Below, one piece after another: positions 9,389 to 18,774 of a stretch of DNA of 64,000 bases; the stretch's first letter is position 1, and every line of letters begins with the position of its first letter. Both the position numbers and the translations under genes were made by a program. Below the pieces are notes generated by a model. It was given only the letters and a program-made list of their open reading frames with translations. It ran no database searches and was not told the origin of the DNA. Source of the DNA: an uncultured Gemmataceae bacterium (GTDB lineage: Bacteria; Planctomycetota; Planctomycetia; Gemmatales; Gemmataceae); NCBI GenBank assembly GCA_963750165.1, contig CAVVPN010000003.1, forward strand, positions 960,001 through 1,024,000, written 5' to 3'.

Positions 9389-11890
9389 TCATTTCCCGCC
9401 TCGGGCCGGCGTCAGCAGCCCGGGTTGCTTGGGGTCGAAGACGCGGTAGGCCAGCAGTTTCACGCGGTCCGTGACCAGGAAGCAGGCCAGGGCATAGCCC
9501 CACACCAGCAGCGCCCACCCCCAGCCGATGGGCGTCATGAACACCCCATAGACAACGATAAGCGTGGCCAGCAACTGCGTGCCCAGCACCGCCCCGAAGA
9601 GCACGCGCGCCGGCGGGATTGACCAGAACGGGCCGCGCGTCCGGGTGACGAAGATGGTCAGGTGCCCGGCGACCGACAGCTTCAAGTACATGAAGCTCTG
9701 GATCATCTCCCGGCTCAGGTGGAACACGCGCTCCCCCAGGTAGAACAGGCCAAAGGACGCGATCACGCCCGCCACCCCCAGCACGGTCGCCAGCCCGAGC
9801 ACCAACCGCATGTTCCACGCCTCGGGTCGATCCGAGTAGTGGACACGGTCGTAGGCGATGGACAGGATGGCGCCGTCGTTCAGCAGCGCCAGCAGGACGA
9901 TCATCACCGCCGTCACCGGGTAGAAGTTGAAGACCAGGATCGATAGCGTCATGAACAGCAGCACCCGGATTGTCTCGGCAATGCGGTAGATGGCGTAGCT
10001 GTTCATGCGCTGGAAGATTTTGCGGCTCTCCTTGATGGCGTCGATAATCACCGACAGCCCGGGCGCCAGCAGCACGATGTCGGCCGCGGCGCGGGCGGCG
10101 TCGGTGGCGCCGGACACGGCGATGCCGCAGTCGGCCTTCTTCAGGGCCGGGGCGTCGTTGACGCCATCGCCGGTCATGCCGACGATGTGGCCGTGTTGTT
10201 GCAGGATCTCGACGATGTGGAACTTGTGCTCGGGGAAGACCTGGGCGAACCCCTCGGCGTGTTCGATGGTGTCGGCGAGCTGGCTGGTCTCGTGCGGCTT
10301 CGTCTCGTCGAACAGACTGGCGTCCAGGATGTTGGTGCCGAGGCCGACCTGGTGGGCGATTTCCTTGCCGATGGCCACCTGGTCGCCGGTGACCATCTTC
10401 ACGTCGATGCCCATGTGCCGGGCCGTGGCGATGGTGGGTTTGGAGTCGTCGCGCGGCGGGTCGTACAGGGGCAGCACGCCCAGGAAGCGCCACGGGCCGT
10501 CGCCGTCGGCCCGCGCCACGCCGAGGGAGCGAAAGCCGCGCGTGGCGAACTCGTTGATCGTCTTCTCGACCTGGGGCCGGATCGCCTCCGCGTCCGTCGC
10601 CAGGGCCAGGATCACCTGTGGCGCCCCCTTGGCCACCTTGAACCGGAGGCCGTCCGGGCCTGTGACACTGGCCTCTGTTCGTTTGTGGACCGGGTCGAAG
10701 GGCTGGAAATGGGTCACCTGGTAGCCCTGGCTGGGCGCGCCCCTGGGAAGACCGCCGAGGACCGCCAGGTCGATCGGATCCTGGTTCTCGGCGCGCGAGG
10801 CCAGGGCCGCACTGGTGATGACCTCGTCCGGGGTGGTTTGGCCCAGCGCGAACGGCGTCCCCAGGGTGAGCCGGTTTTGTGTCAGCGTGCCGGTCTTGTC
10901 GGAGCAGAGTTCGTCCATGCCGGCCAGTTCCTCGATGGCGACGAGGCGGCTGACGATGGCCTGTTTGCGGGCCAGCAGCCGCGCCCCGACCGCCATCGTC
11001 ACCGACAGCACCGTCGGCATGGCCACGGGGATGGCCGCAATCGTCAGGACGAGGGCGAACAGCAGAGCCGGTTCTCGGCCCGGGGCGGCTTCGAGCATGG
11101 GGTCACCGCGGAACAGGGCGACCGTCAGGATCAGGGCCACGAGGGCCAGGGCGATGACGATGAGGTAATCGCCGATTTTCAACACGGCGCGCTGGAAATG
11201 GCTGACCGTGTGCGCCGCTTCCACCAGCTGTGCGGTCTTGCCGAAGTAGGTGCGCGTGCCGATGGCTGTCACGACCGCATCGACTTCCCCCTGACGGATG
11301 ATCGAGCCGGAGTAGACCGATTCCTGACGCTTGCGCGTGACGGGCAAGGATTCGCCGGTGAGGGCCGATTGGTCCACCTCAATGGGATCGCCCGCCAGCA
11401 GTTTGGCGTCTGCCGGCACAATGTCCCCCAGGCGAATCCGGATGAGGTCGCCGGGCACCAGTTCCCGCGCGGGGAGCGAAACCCAGGTGCCGTTGCGTTT
11501 AACCCTGGCCCCGAGCGCCAGCCTGGCCTTGAGGGCGGCGATGGCATTGCCGGCCTGGTATTCCTCCCAGAAACCCACGACCGCATTGGCCAGGAGCAGC
11601 ACCAGGATGATGCCGAAATCCTCCCAGTGCCCGACCAGGGCCGACAGGATCATCGCCACCTCGATCATCCAGGGGATCGGTCCCCAGAAATACGTCAGGA
11701 ACTTCAGCAGCGGGTTGATCTGTTTTTCGGGCAGTTCGTTGTACCCATACTGTGCCCGCCGGCGCTGGAGTTCGTCCGCACTCAGACCCTCAGGCGGCGT
11801 TTCGGGTTGCGGATGCGGTTCGGGGGGTGGCGTAGCCGTTCGGTCAGCCTCTGGCCCGGGCGCGTGCGTTTCCTTGTTCGCGTGGCTCAT
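9389..11890 (-). CDS. Plasma-membrane proton-efflux P-type ATPase (type IIIA)
   Basis: FWGPIPWMIE, DQSALTGES, IPVAMP, DKTGTLT phosphorylation site, KGAP, TGDGVNDAPAL and the LLNDG proton-site motif. Confidence 0.93.
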   Translation of the reverse strand: MSHANKETHAPGPEADRTATPPPEPHPQPETPPEGLSADELQRRRAQYGYNELPEKQINPLLKFLTYFWGPIPWMIEVAMILSALVGHWEDFGIILVLLLANAVVGFWEEYQAGNAIAALKARLALGARVKRNGTWVSLPARELVPGDLIRIRLGDIVPADAKLLAGDPIEVDQSALTGESLPVTRKRQESVYSGSIIRQGEVDAVVTAIGTRTYFGKTAQLVEAAHTVSHFQRAVLKIGDYLIVIALALVALILTVALFRGDPMLEAAPGREPALLFALVLTIAAIPVAMPTVLSVTMAVGARLLARKQAIVSRLVAIEELAGMDELCSDKTGTLTQNRLTLGTPFALGQTTPDEVITSAALASRAENQDPIDLAVLGGLPRGAPSQGYQVTHFQPFDPVHKRTEASVTGPDGLRFKVAKGAPQVILALATDAEAIRPQVEKTINEFATRGFRSLGVARADGDGPWRFLGVLPLYDPPRDDSKPTIATARHMGIDVKMVTGDQVAIGKEIAHQVGLGTNILDASLFDETKPHETSQLADTIEHAEGFAQVFPEHKFHIVEILQQHGHIVGMTGDGVNDAPALKKADCGIAVSGATDAARAAADIVLLAPGLSVIIDAIKESRKIFQRMNSYAIYRIAETIRVLLFMTLSILVFNFYPVTAVMIVLLALLNDGAILSIAYDRVHYSDRPEAWNMRLVLGLATVLGVAGVIASFGLFYLGERVFHLSREMIQSFMYLKLSVAGHLTIFVTRTRGPFWSIPPARVLFGAVLGTQLLATLIVVYGVFMTPIGWGWALLVWGYALACFLVTDRVKLLAYRVFDPKQPGLLTPARGGK

Positions 11891-12097
11891 CGCAGTTCCT
11901 CCAGGATGCCGCGCCGGCCGGGACGGTCCACAACGACTCGCCCACCCCGGTCATGCCGAGAACGGTTCTATGCCTCGATCACCGCACCGGCAATCTGTTG
12001 CTTCGTCAGCAAGCCGCGGACGCTGTTGCCGGACACCTTATCCGCACCGTCGGTCATCACGGCGCCGGCGGCCCGCCTCCCGGTCTTCTCGTCCCGG

Positions 12098-12820
12098 TCA
12101 CTTCCACCCCAGCAAGGGCAGCAGGACGACGCTGAGGAAGTCCTGCAGGAAGTGCATCACGACGGGCGCCACCAGACTCCCGCGCCACAGGTAGACCAGG
12201 GCGAAGACGGCCCCCAGCACCCCCACCGTCACCAGCCCCGCCGATCCCTCGTAGCCGTGGCCGAGGGCGAAGACCGCCGAGGAGAGGAGCACCGCCGCCG
12301 CCATGCTCCGCACCACGGCCGGGAAGCGCAGCAGCAGGTAGCCGCGGAAGATGGTCTCTTCCGCCACCGCGACCACCGTGACCAGGAGCACGGCCAGGAT
12401 GGCTTCGGCAACGCCCCGCGCTTCCAGGAAGGACGGCCGCGGCGTCGCGGGAGCGGACAGCCCGGCCCGCAACAAGGCCCACTCCAGGAGCATGGCGCCG
12501 AGCCACACCGGGACAAAACACGCCACGCCGACGCTCAGTTCGCGCAGCGGCTGACGCCAGGTCCAGCCGATGCGGGCGACGGGCTCGCCGTTCCGCCACA
12601 GGAAGAACAGGATCAAGCTGACCAGTCCCAGGTCGCGGAAGATGATGGCCGTGGCCGTCAGCACAAAGCCCAGCTGTCCCTGCCGAATCGCGAACAGTGA
12701 GAGGGCCATTGACGGCACGATCAGGAAGAGAAAGACGGCGACTTCCCGCGCCTGTTCTTTCTGGCTGGGCGCGAGGTCGCTCAGGTTGTTGACCGGATTG
12801 TCCATGAGGTTGCTCGACAT
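12098..12820 (-). CDS. CPBP (CAAX/Abi) family intramembrane glutamic endopeptidase
   Basis: Multi-TM protein with EETIFRG, FALGH and H-x3-D motifs. Confidence 0.9.
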   Translation of the reverse strand: MSSNLMDNPVNNLSDLAPSQKEQAREVAVFLFLIVPSMALSLFAIRQGQLGFVLTATAIIFRDLGLVSLILFFLWRNGEPVARIGWTWRQPLRELSVGVACFVPVWLGAMLLEWALLRAGLSAPATPRPSFLEARGVAEAILAVLLVTVVAVAEETIFRGYLLLRFPAVVRSMAAAVLLSSAVFALGHGYEGSAGLVTVGVLGAVFALVYLWRGSLVAPVVMHFLQDFLSVVLLPLLGWK

Positions 12821-13038
12821 GTCCACCCTCGGTTTCCAGTTTGCGACGTGAGCCTTACCTGGTCAGAACCGGCGCCATGATAAAAGCGAGGGCCCAGGCC
12901 GGCCACCCGTAGAGGCGGTTGGAGTCGCTGACGACCTTAATAGGCGTCCATCCGCCGCAGAAGGTCCGGGGAAAGGGGTTCGTCCATCAGGTTGCTCGAA
13001 AACAATTCCCCGACAAAGTGGGAACCTCAGGGGTTGTT

Positions 13039-13995
13039 CTACCCTGCTGCCCCGACCGAATGCACGAACACCGGTTTGCTTGTGTTCTGGATCACCTTGC
13101 GTGCCACGCTCCCCAGGTGCCGGCCGGTCGGGTCGTGGAGGCCGCGCGTCTCCAGAGCCACCAGGTCGATGCCCGTTGCCGCGAGCGCGTCCAGGATGGC
13201 GGCTCCAGGATCACTGTCCACGATCACCTGGGCCTGGACTTGCAGTCCTCGGGAGCGCAGTGGGACGGCAACGCCGTCGAGATAATCCTGGGCCTCTTTC
13301 CGCAGTCGCTCCTGGACCGAACGGATCTCATCGAGCAGTTCCAGCGTCGCTGCAGAGCGGCTGATCAAATCGAGTTCCGGGCTGCCGCCGTAGGCGACAT
13401 CCGGGACGACACGCAACAGGGAATAGTCGGCGCCCATCAGGGCGCCGAAGGTGAGAGCCGGTGTGAGCACGCGCTCGGCCTGTGGGGTGCCGTCCAGCGT
13501 TACGAGCAGGTGTTGCAGGGCGAGTTCCTGCGGTTGCTCGGCGACGCTGGTGCCAGGCTTTACGTACAGGATCGGCACCGAACAACGATGGAGGACCTTG
13601 TAGGCAACACTCCCGAACCAGAGGCGTCCCAAAGTCCCGCGACCGTGGGTACTCATGACGACGAGATCGATGGCGGCGTCCCTGGTGTGCGCACAGAGTG
13701 TGGCCGCGACATCCGTGTCTTGCAGAACCTGGCTGCTCAGGCTGACGCCCGGCCCGGCCACACTCTGTGCGCGCTCGACAACACCGTGCAAATAGTCGTG
13801 CCAGGTGCTGACCAGCTCTGCGGTTGATCGGCCGGAGAACAGTGCAGGGTGCGGAGCTACCGTCACCACTTGCACGCTGGCGCCGATGCGTCGGGCAATG
13901 CCCAGCGCGACCGACAGGGCGTGCTCCGCAAAGGTAGAGCCGTCCAGCGGCACCATCAAGGAACGATACACAACTTCCCGGCGCTCATCACTCAT
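13039..13995 (-). CDS. Universal stress protein (tandem USP domains)
   Basis: GGAG RBS before MSDERR; VPLDGS...HAL, MSTHGRG...FGSVA and a second LDGT...LGSVARKV domain. Confidence 0.88.
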   Translation of the reverse strand: MSDERREVVYRSLMVPLDGSTFAEHALSVALGIARRIGASVQVVTVAPHPALFSGRSTAELVSTWHDYLHGVVERAQSVAGPGVSLSSQVLQDTDVAATLCAHTRDAAIDLVVMSTHGRGTLGRLWFGSVAYKVLHRCSVPILYVKPGTSVAEQPQELALQHLLVTLDGTPQAERVLTPALTFGALMGADYSLLRVVPDVAYGGSPELDLISRSAATLELLDEIRSVQERLRKEAQDYLDGVAVPLRSRGLQVQAQVIVDSDPGAAILDALAATGIDLVALETRGLHDPTGRHLGSVARKVIQNTSKPVFVHSVGAAG

Positions 13996-14283
13996 CGTGT
14001 CTCCGATCTTCCAAATCTCTGGCGGGACGTGGGCCAGGTCCGGGGCGATCCGGTCGGCCGCGCTCCATCGCTCGGCAGAAAAGGTAGTGGTAAGGGCCAA
14101 ACAACGACAACCGGCCGCCCTGGCCGCCTGCACCCCGGCGCCGGCGTCCTCGACGACCAGGCAGGCGGCGGGCGGTAGCCCCAACCACTGTCCCGCCGTC
14201 AGGAACAGGTCGGGGTGTGGCTTCTTGCGCTGAACGTCGCCGGCATCAACGACCGCGTCGAAACTACTGGGCGTCAGGCCCAC
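13996..14283 (-). pseudogene. C-terminal remnant of an HAD-superfamily hydrolase (beta-PGM/CbbY-like), in frame with the USP
   Basis: FDAVVDAGDV..KKPHPDLFL...CLVVEDA..GVQAARAAG (HAD motifs III/IV); no N-terminal DxD motif. Confidence 0.7.
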
Positions 14284-14314
14284 TTGACGCCGGATGCGCT
14301 CCCTTCGCTTCTGC

Positions 14315-15172
14315 CTACCCATGCGCCGGGATCGGCGCATTCTCCGGCCGTTCCCGTGGCACCGGGGCCGCGTTCTTTTGTGGCGAATTGCCCAGCGGGA
14401 GGGCATCCCCGGCGACTCGGTTGGGTTTCAAGAAGGGCCGCATCAGTTCCAGGGGCAACGGGAAGATGATGGTGGAATTCTGATCGGACGCCACGTCCGC
14501 GAGGGCCTGCAGGTAGCGCATCTGCATGGCGATGGGAAAGGGGGTCATGATCTCCGCCGCCTGGCGCAGTCGCTCCGCGGCCTGGAACTCGCCCTCGGCG
14601 TTGATGACCTTCGCGCGACGTTCCCGTTCGGCCTCGGCCTGGCGGGCCATGGACCGCTTCATCGCCTCGGGGAGGTCCACGTCTTTCACCTCCACCGCCG
14701 AGACTTTCACCCCCCACGGCTCAGTGTGCCCGTCGATGATCTCTTGCAAACGGTGGTTCACCTTCTCCCGATCGGTCAAGAGGTCATCGAGTTCCGCCTG
14801 ACCCAGGGTGCTTCGCAAGGTGGTCAAGGCCACCTGCGAGGTGGCGTACAGGAAATCGGCCACCGATAATGCGGAGCGCATGGGGTCAATGACCCGGAAA
14901 TAGAGTACCGCGTTGACCCGGACTGAGACGTTGTCCTTGGTGATGATGTCCTGGGGTTCGATGACCCTCGTCACGATCCGTAAACCGACGCGGACCATCG
15001 TATCGACCGGCCAGAAAACCAGGATCAGCCCCGGGCCCTTGGGCCTGGGTAAGACCCGGCCGAGACGGAAGACCACGCCGCGCTCATATTCCTTCAGGAC
15101 GCGAACGCAGCTCAGCAGGTAGAGGACGGCCAGGACCAGGAAACCCAGCACGCCAAGTGCAATGTCGTTCAT
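14315..15172 (-). CDS. SPFH/band 7 (slipin/stomatin-like) protein
   Basis: EYERGVVFRLGR, QDIITKDNV, TTLRSTLG, AEAERERRAKVINAEGEFQAA. Confidence 0.93.
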   Translation of the reverse strand: MNDIALGVLGFLVLAVLYLLSCVRVLKEYERGVVFRLGRVLPRPKGPGLILVFWPVDTMVRVGLRIVTRVIEPQDIITKDNVSVRVNAVLYFRVIDPMRSALSVADFLYATSQVALTTLRSTLGQAELDDLLTDREKVNHRLQEIIDGHTEPWGVKVSAVEVKDVDLPEAMKRSMARQAEAERERRAKVINAEGEFQAAERLRQAAEIMTPFPIAMQMRYLQALADVASDQNSTIIFPLPLELMRPFLKPNRVAGDALPLGNSPQKNAAPVPRERPENAPIPAHG

Positions 15173-15505
15173 CCCCACGGCTTGGATCCTCAAAGATCTT
15201 TGGGGTTAGTAATTCAGGGAGCTTCGGCGTGGCCGGCGCTTCCTGGCATACGGTTGGGGTCGCCTCGGCTCGGGCCAGGTCGGCGGCGCCCTGACAGCCT
15301 TCAGGCAGAGGCTTCTCCGGCAACGGGGCCTTCACGACCAGCACGGGGCAGGTCGGTTACACACCTCCCGCACGGCAGCCTCGCTACATGGCGAACCGTC
15401 GATGGCTAACAGGATTTTCATTGCTCGGTCCCTTCTTGCCGCAGATTGGGTGAAGCAACACAACCGCAATAAGGAGCCGTTGTTCAGCCTCACGGTGTTC
15501 CGGGG

Positions 15506-15787
15506 TCATGGTTCTCCAAACGTCACCGTCTGCAGCCCGAGGTAAGCAACGACGCAGTCCAAAGTGAGAGCGACGGCACAAAGGAAGATGGCGATGATCG
15601 CCACCCGGTGGTAGAGCGAGCGCCGGCGCGCCGTGTTCCAATCGACAAAACCCACCATCAGCCCGGCAAGACTCATGACCATCCCCATCGGAACCCACCA
15701 GAAAAAAGCACCGCCCAGGACGGCCAGGAGAATGGAGCCGTAACTCAGCCAGCGCACGTTCGGCTGCGTCGTTTTCGTGTCGTTCAC
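15506..15787 (-). CDS. Small membrane protein
   Basis: GGAGG RBS then GTG 15787; three hydrophobic segments. Confidence 0.6.
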   Translation of the reverse strand: MNDTKTTQPNVRWLSYGSILLAVLGGAFFWWVPMGMVMSLAGLMVGFVDWNTARRRSLYHRVAIIAIFLCAVALTLDCVVAYLGLQTVTFGEP

Positions 15788-15925
15788 AATTACCTCCTGC
15801 AAATATAAGGCCCAGGGAGCTACTTTCCCCTGGTCAGTAAGCGCTGGTTAACGAGCGTCGCCCTTCAGCCAGCGGAGTGCGTCATACGGAACCTCCACGG
15901 GCAGTAATCCTTTCCTCAGCAAAAG

Positions 15926-16348
15926 TCATTCCAGCCGCACGAAATCGTTCAACGAACACTCGGGCTCAGACTCCTCCTTTCTCGGCACTCCTGCGGAGGC
16001 GGATTTCTTCTGGGAGGCGCCGAACAACAACTTCCAAGAGTAGGACGGCTCTCCAGAGCCGTCCCGACGGCTCTGGAGAGCCGTCCTACGAAGTTGTTGT
16101 TCGGCGCCTCCTGGTTTATCGTCACCGTTCGGGAACCTTGGATGATCGGCTGAGAACGTATCGTTCTCCCGCGTCAGGAAAGCCCGGATCAAGCAACGGA
16201 GCATTTCCCCCGTCGTCCACCCTCGGCTCTGGGCCGCCGTTTCGAGCGCCGCCAGCTGCGGTGTCGGCAACAGCAGCAGGACCTCCACGAGGTCTGCCGC
16301 CGGACGTGGGGATTGATCGGTCCCATTCGGGACATGACGCGAACGCAT
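15926..16348 (-). CDS. Small hypothetical protein, possibly RHH-like; 3' part reads through a REP palindrome
   Basis: LVEVLLLLPTPQLAALETAAQSRGWTTGEMLRCLIRAFL has a beta-alpha-alpha pattern. Confidence 0.45.
   Translation of the reverse strand: MRSRHVPNGTDQSPRPAADLVEVLLLLPTPQLAALETAAQSRGWTTGEMLRCLIRAFLTRENDTFSADHPRFPNGDDKPGGAEQQLRRTALQSRRDGSGEPSYSWKLLFGASQKKSASAGVPRKEESEPECSLNDFVRLE
16013..16111. repeat. GTAG-type REP doublet inside a perfect 22-bp outer inverted repeat
   Basis: ggaggcgccgaacaacaacttc (16013-34) / gaagttgttgttcggcgcctcc (16090-111) enclose gtaggacggctctccagagccgtcc-cgacggctctggagagccgtcctac. Confidence 0.9.
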
Positions 16349-16777
16349 GGCCACCCCCGCTGATCTGGATGCTTGACGACGAACCGTCAGCGCTCGCTGG
16401 CCCGATTCACGGCAGGGTCAGCGCACGACGGCCCCGCCAGCGCCCAGGGACGGTTGTTTGCCCCTCGGCGACCGGCAGATTCCGATCTGCGTCAGTTCCA
16501 TCGTTTGTATGTGCCGTCATCCGCTGGCGTCGTGCGCGGAACAGTGCGACCTGAGAGGAGGAGTGGGGAGAGGATGCGCCCGGGTGAAACCAGTTGAAAT
16601 GAAAAAAGCCGTGGTATCGACCTGGTGGAACGCACCTTACTCCGGGCGAAATAGCTCCCAGTAGGCGATCCGGTAGCGAAATAGGCGAGTGTTGGTACTG
16701 GTGAGCGAACAGTCCTTGCTTCCACCAAGTTGGGCCTGGCGATTTCTGCCCACTTTGAATTGTTAGTGGGCGGCCGT

Positions 16778-16798
16778 GGTGCGTCAAGCGCACCCTAC
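16778..16798 (-). repeat. Single GTAG-type REP
   Basis: Reverse complement reads GTAG-GGTGCG-cttga-CGCACC (GTAG followed by a hairpin). Confidence 0.65.
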
Positions 16799-17027
16799 CG
16801 TTTTTCACAAATTCGTCATTGTGGCCCTCTGCTTCCCTGTCGCCCTGGCAATGCCGGGACCGTTATTTCGGGTGAGCGGCAAGCCTCGGTGCGGACAGCC
16901 ACCGGCGGCTTCCTAAAATACCGGACAGGTTGGGAATTCGGGTCAGCGCCACGTTGAAGCCTGTCCACGGCACCGCCAGCCCGTCCCGTTTTCCACAGCC
17001 GGAAACGCTCGCAGGGGCCAGCGGTTA

Positions 17028-17191
17028 GAGCGGTTTGCAGTCGCAGGGACCACGAACGGCAGGCCGGCGCTGCCAGGCGCCGCATCTCGACTTATGAAAA
17101 CGTTGGCTCCCTTGCTGGGGCAGTGCAGACCCCTGCTGGTCAAGCTGTGCCCGCCGTCCCACCCCGTGCACGATCCGCCTGCGAACCGCTC
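17028..17191 (+). mobile_element. MITE-like element, family 1 copy A
   Basis: TIR GAGCGGTTTGCAG / CTGCGAACCGCTC (12/13), TA on the left; core shared with copies at 18450, 37643 and 52664. Confidence 0.75.
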
Positions 17192-17246
17192 CAAGGGTGC
17201 TCGAATCGCGGTGTGCCTCCTCCCTGAGACATTTGGGAGTCCTTCC

Positions 17247-18254
17247 ATGCGTGCAATGATCCTGAAAGCCCCTCGGACAAAGCTCGAAGCGGTTGACCTC
17301 CCCACTCCGAAACCAGGGCCGGAACAAGTCCTGCTTCGGGTCCACGCCTGCGGCGTCTGCCGAACCGATCTGCACGTGATCGATGGCGAACTGACCGAGC
17401 CCAAGTTGCCACTGGTGCCGGGTCACGAAATTGTTGGGACGGTGGTCGAGAAGGGTGAGAAAGCAAATCGCTTCGCGGTCGGGGATCGTGTCGGCGTGCC
17501 GTGGCTGGGCTTCACGGATGGCACCTGTCGTTATTGCCGCGCTGGTCGAGAAAACCTCTGTGACCAGGCTCGATTCACGGGCTATCAACTCGATGGGGGC
17601 TACGCCGAGTTCACCCTGGCCGATCAGCACTACGCCTTCGCCCTGCCGGCCGGGTATGGCGATGCAGAGGCAGCCCCCTTGCTCTGCGCCGGTTTGATCG
17701 GTTACCGCTCTCTGGTATTCGCCGGCGAGGCCCACCGCCTGGGCTTGTACGGTTTCGGCGCCGCCGCCCACATCATCGCGCAGGTCGCCGTTCACCAGGG
17801 CCGGCAGGTGTTCGCGTTCACCAGCCCGGGAGACCAGCAAGCGCAGCAATTCGCCCGCCAGCTGGGGGCCGTTTGGGCCGGCGCTTCCGATACACTCCCC
17901 CCCGAGGAGTTGGATGCGGCCATTCTCTTCGCCCCGGTGGGAAGCCTCGTCCCGGCAGCCTTGCGTGCCGTCGCCAGGGGAGGCACCGTGGTCTGTGCCG
18001 GCATCCACATGAGCGACATTCCGTCCTTCCCCTACCGCCTGCTTTGGGGGGAGCGCACGGTCCGCTCCGTCGCCAACCTGACCCGCCGCGACGGGGAAGC
18101 GTTCCTCGCCCTGGCTCCTCAAGTCCCGGTGCGCACGGAGGTACAAACCTTCCGACTGTCGGAAGCCAACGAGGCCCTGGGAGCCTTGAAAGCCGGCAAG
18201 ATCCAGGGTGCCGCCGTGCTGGTCATTGCGGATGCGTCTGGATCACGGAGCTAA
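17247..18254 (+). CDS. Zinc-dependent alcohol dehydrogenase (CAD/AdhP-like)
   Basis: CGVCRTDLH, GHEIVG, C-x2-C-x7-C, LLCAG, GLYGFGAAA. Confidence 0.93.
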   Translation: MRAMILKAPRTKLEAVDLPTPKPGPEQVLLRVHACGVCRTDLHVIDGELTEPKLPLVPGHEIVGTVVEKGEKANRFAVGDRVGVPWLGFTDGTCRYCRAGRENLCDQARFTGYQLDGGYAEFTLADQHYAFALPAGYGDAEAAPLLCAGLIGYRSLVFAGEAHRLGLYGFGAAAHIIAQVAVHQGRQVFAFTSPGDQQAQQFARQLGAVWAGASDTLPPEELDAAILFAPVGSLVPAALRAVARGGTVVCAGIHMSDIPSFPYRLLWGERTVRSVANLTRRDGEAFLALAPQVPVRTEVQTFRLSEANEALGALKAGKIQGAAVLVIADASGSRS

Positions 18255-18449
18255 GCTGGAAAGCTCTACGGTATTTGCGGATTCACTTCAATTCTTCTCT
18301 GGGCCCGATCAGCGACTTACCCGCTTCATGATTTTGCAAAAGGAGACCTTGCCGTGAAGACAGTTCGGTGGGTTGGGGGTCGGTCGGGTTCGGCATCCGG
18401 GGACGATACGCCGGCCGACCGGAGGGCGCAACCGCTTTCTGGTGATCCA

Positions 18450-18710
18450 GAGCAGTTTGCCGTCGCAAGGACCACGAACGGCAGGCCAGCGCTGCCAGGC
18501 GCCGCTTCTCGACGTGTGAAAAAGTTGGCGTCCTTGGCGTTCTTGGCGTCCTTGCTGTGGCGACCGCCGCCGATGGTTGTCGCGCCGTGCCAGCCGCACG
18601 CGGCCGGGGCGCCGCTTCTCGACGTGTGAAAAAGCTGGCCCCCTTGGCCTCCTTGGCCCCCTTGCTGTGGCAGTGCAGGCCGCTGGTGGTCAAGCCGTGC
18701 CCGCCGCCCC
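18450..18710 (+). mobile_element. MITE-like element, family 1 copy B (internal module duplicated)
   Basis: gagcagtttgc start, ggaccacgaacggcaggcc core, two tctcgacgtgtgaaaaag-(ttggcNNcc)n-ttgctgtggc modules; right TIR decayed; abuts a truncated gtggggcagacattcc REP. Confidence 0.75.
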
Positions 18711-18774
18711 TTCTTTCCGTGGGGCAGACATTCCTCAGCGGTGCCAGCCAATTTCGACCGTTTCAGACTAAACC

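Noticed and set aside
10187..12700. Long antisense ORFs (also 1127-2686, 7056-8996, 29082-31013, 35588-37513, 61180-63051)
   Set aside because: Shadow frames of real high-GC3 genes, with no recognisable motifs.
17094..17246. N-terminal extension of the ADH ORF, and ORFs at 18283-18751, 37596-37912 and 52594-52929
   Set aside because: These translate MITE sequence (GAKGAK/GQGGQG) in inconsistent frames between copies.
18500..18670. Repeated tctcgacgtgtgaaaaag units as a CRISPR array
   Set aside because: Only two units per locus, the intervening sequence is homologous between loci rather than unique, and no cas genes are present.
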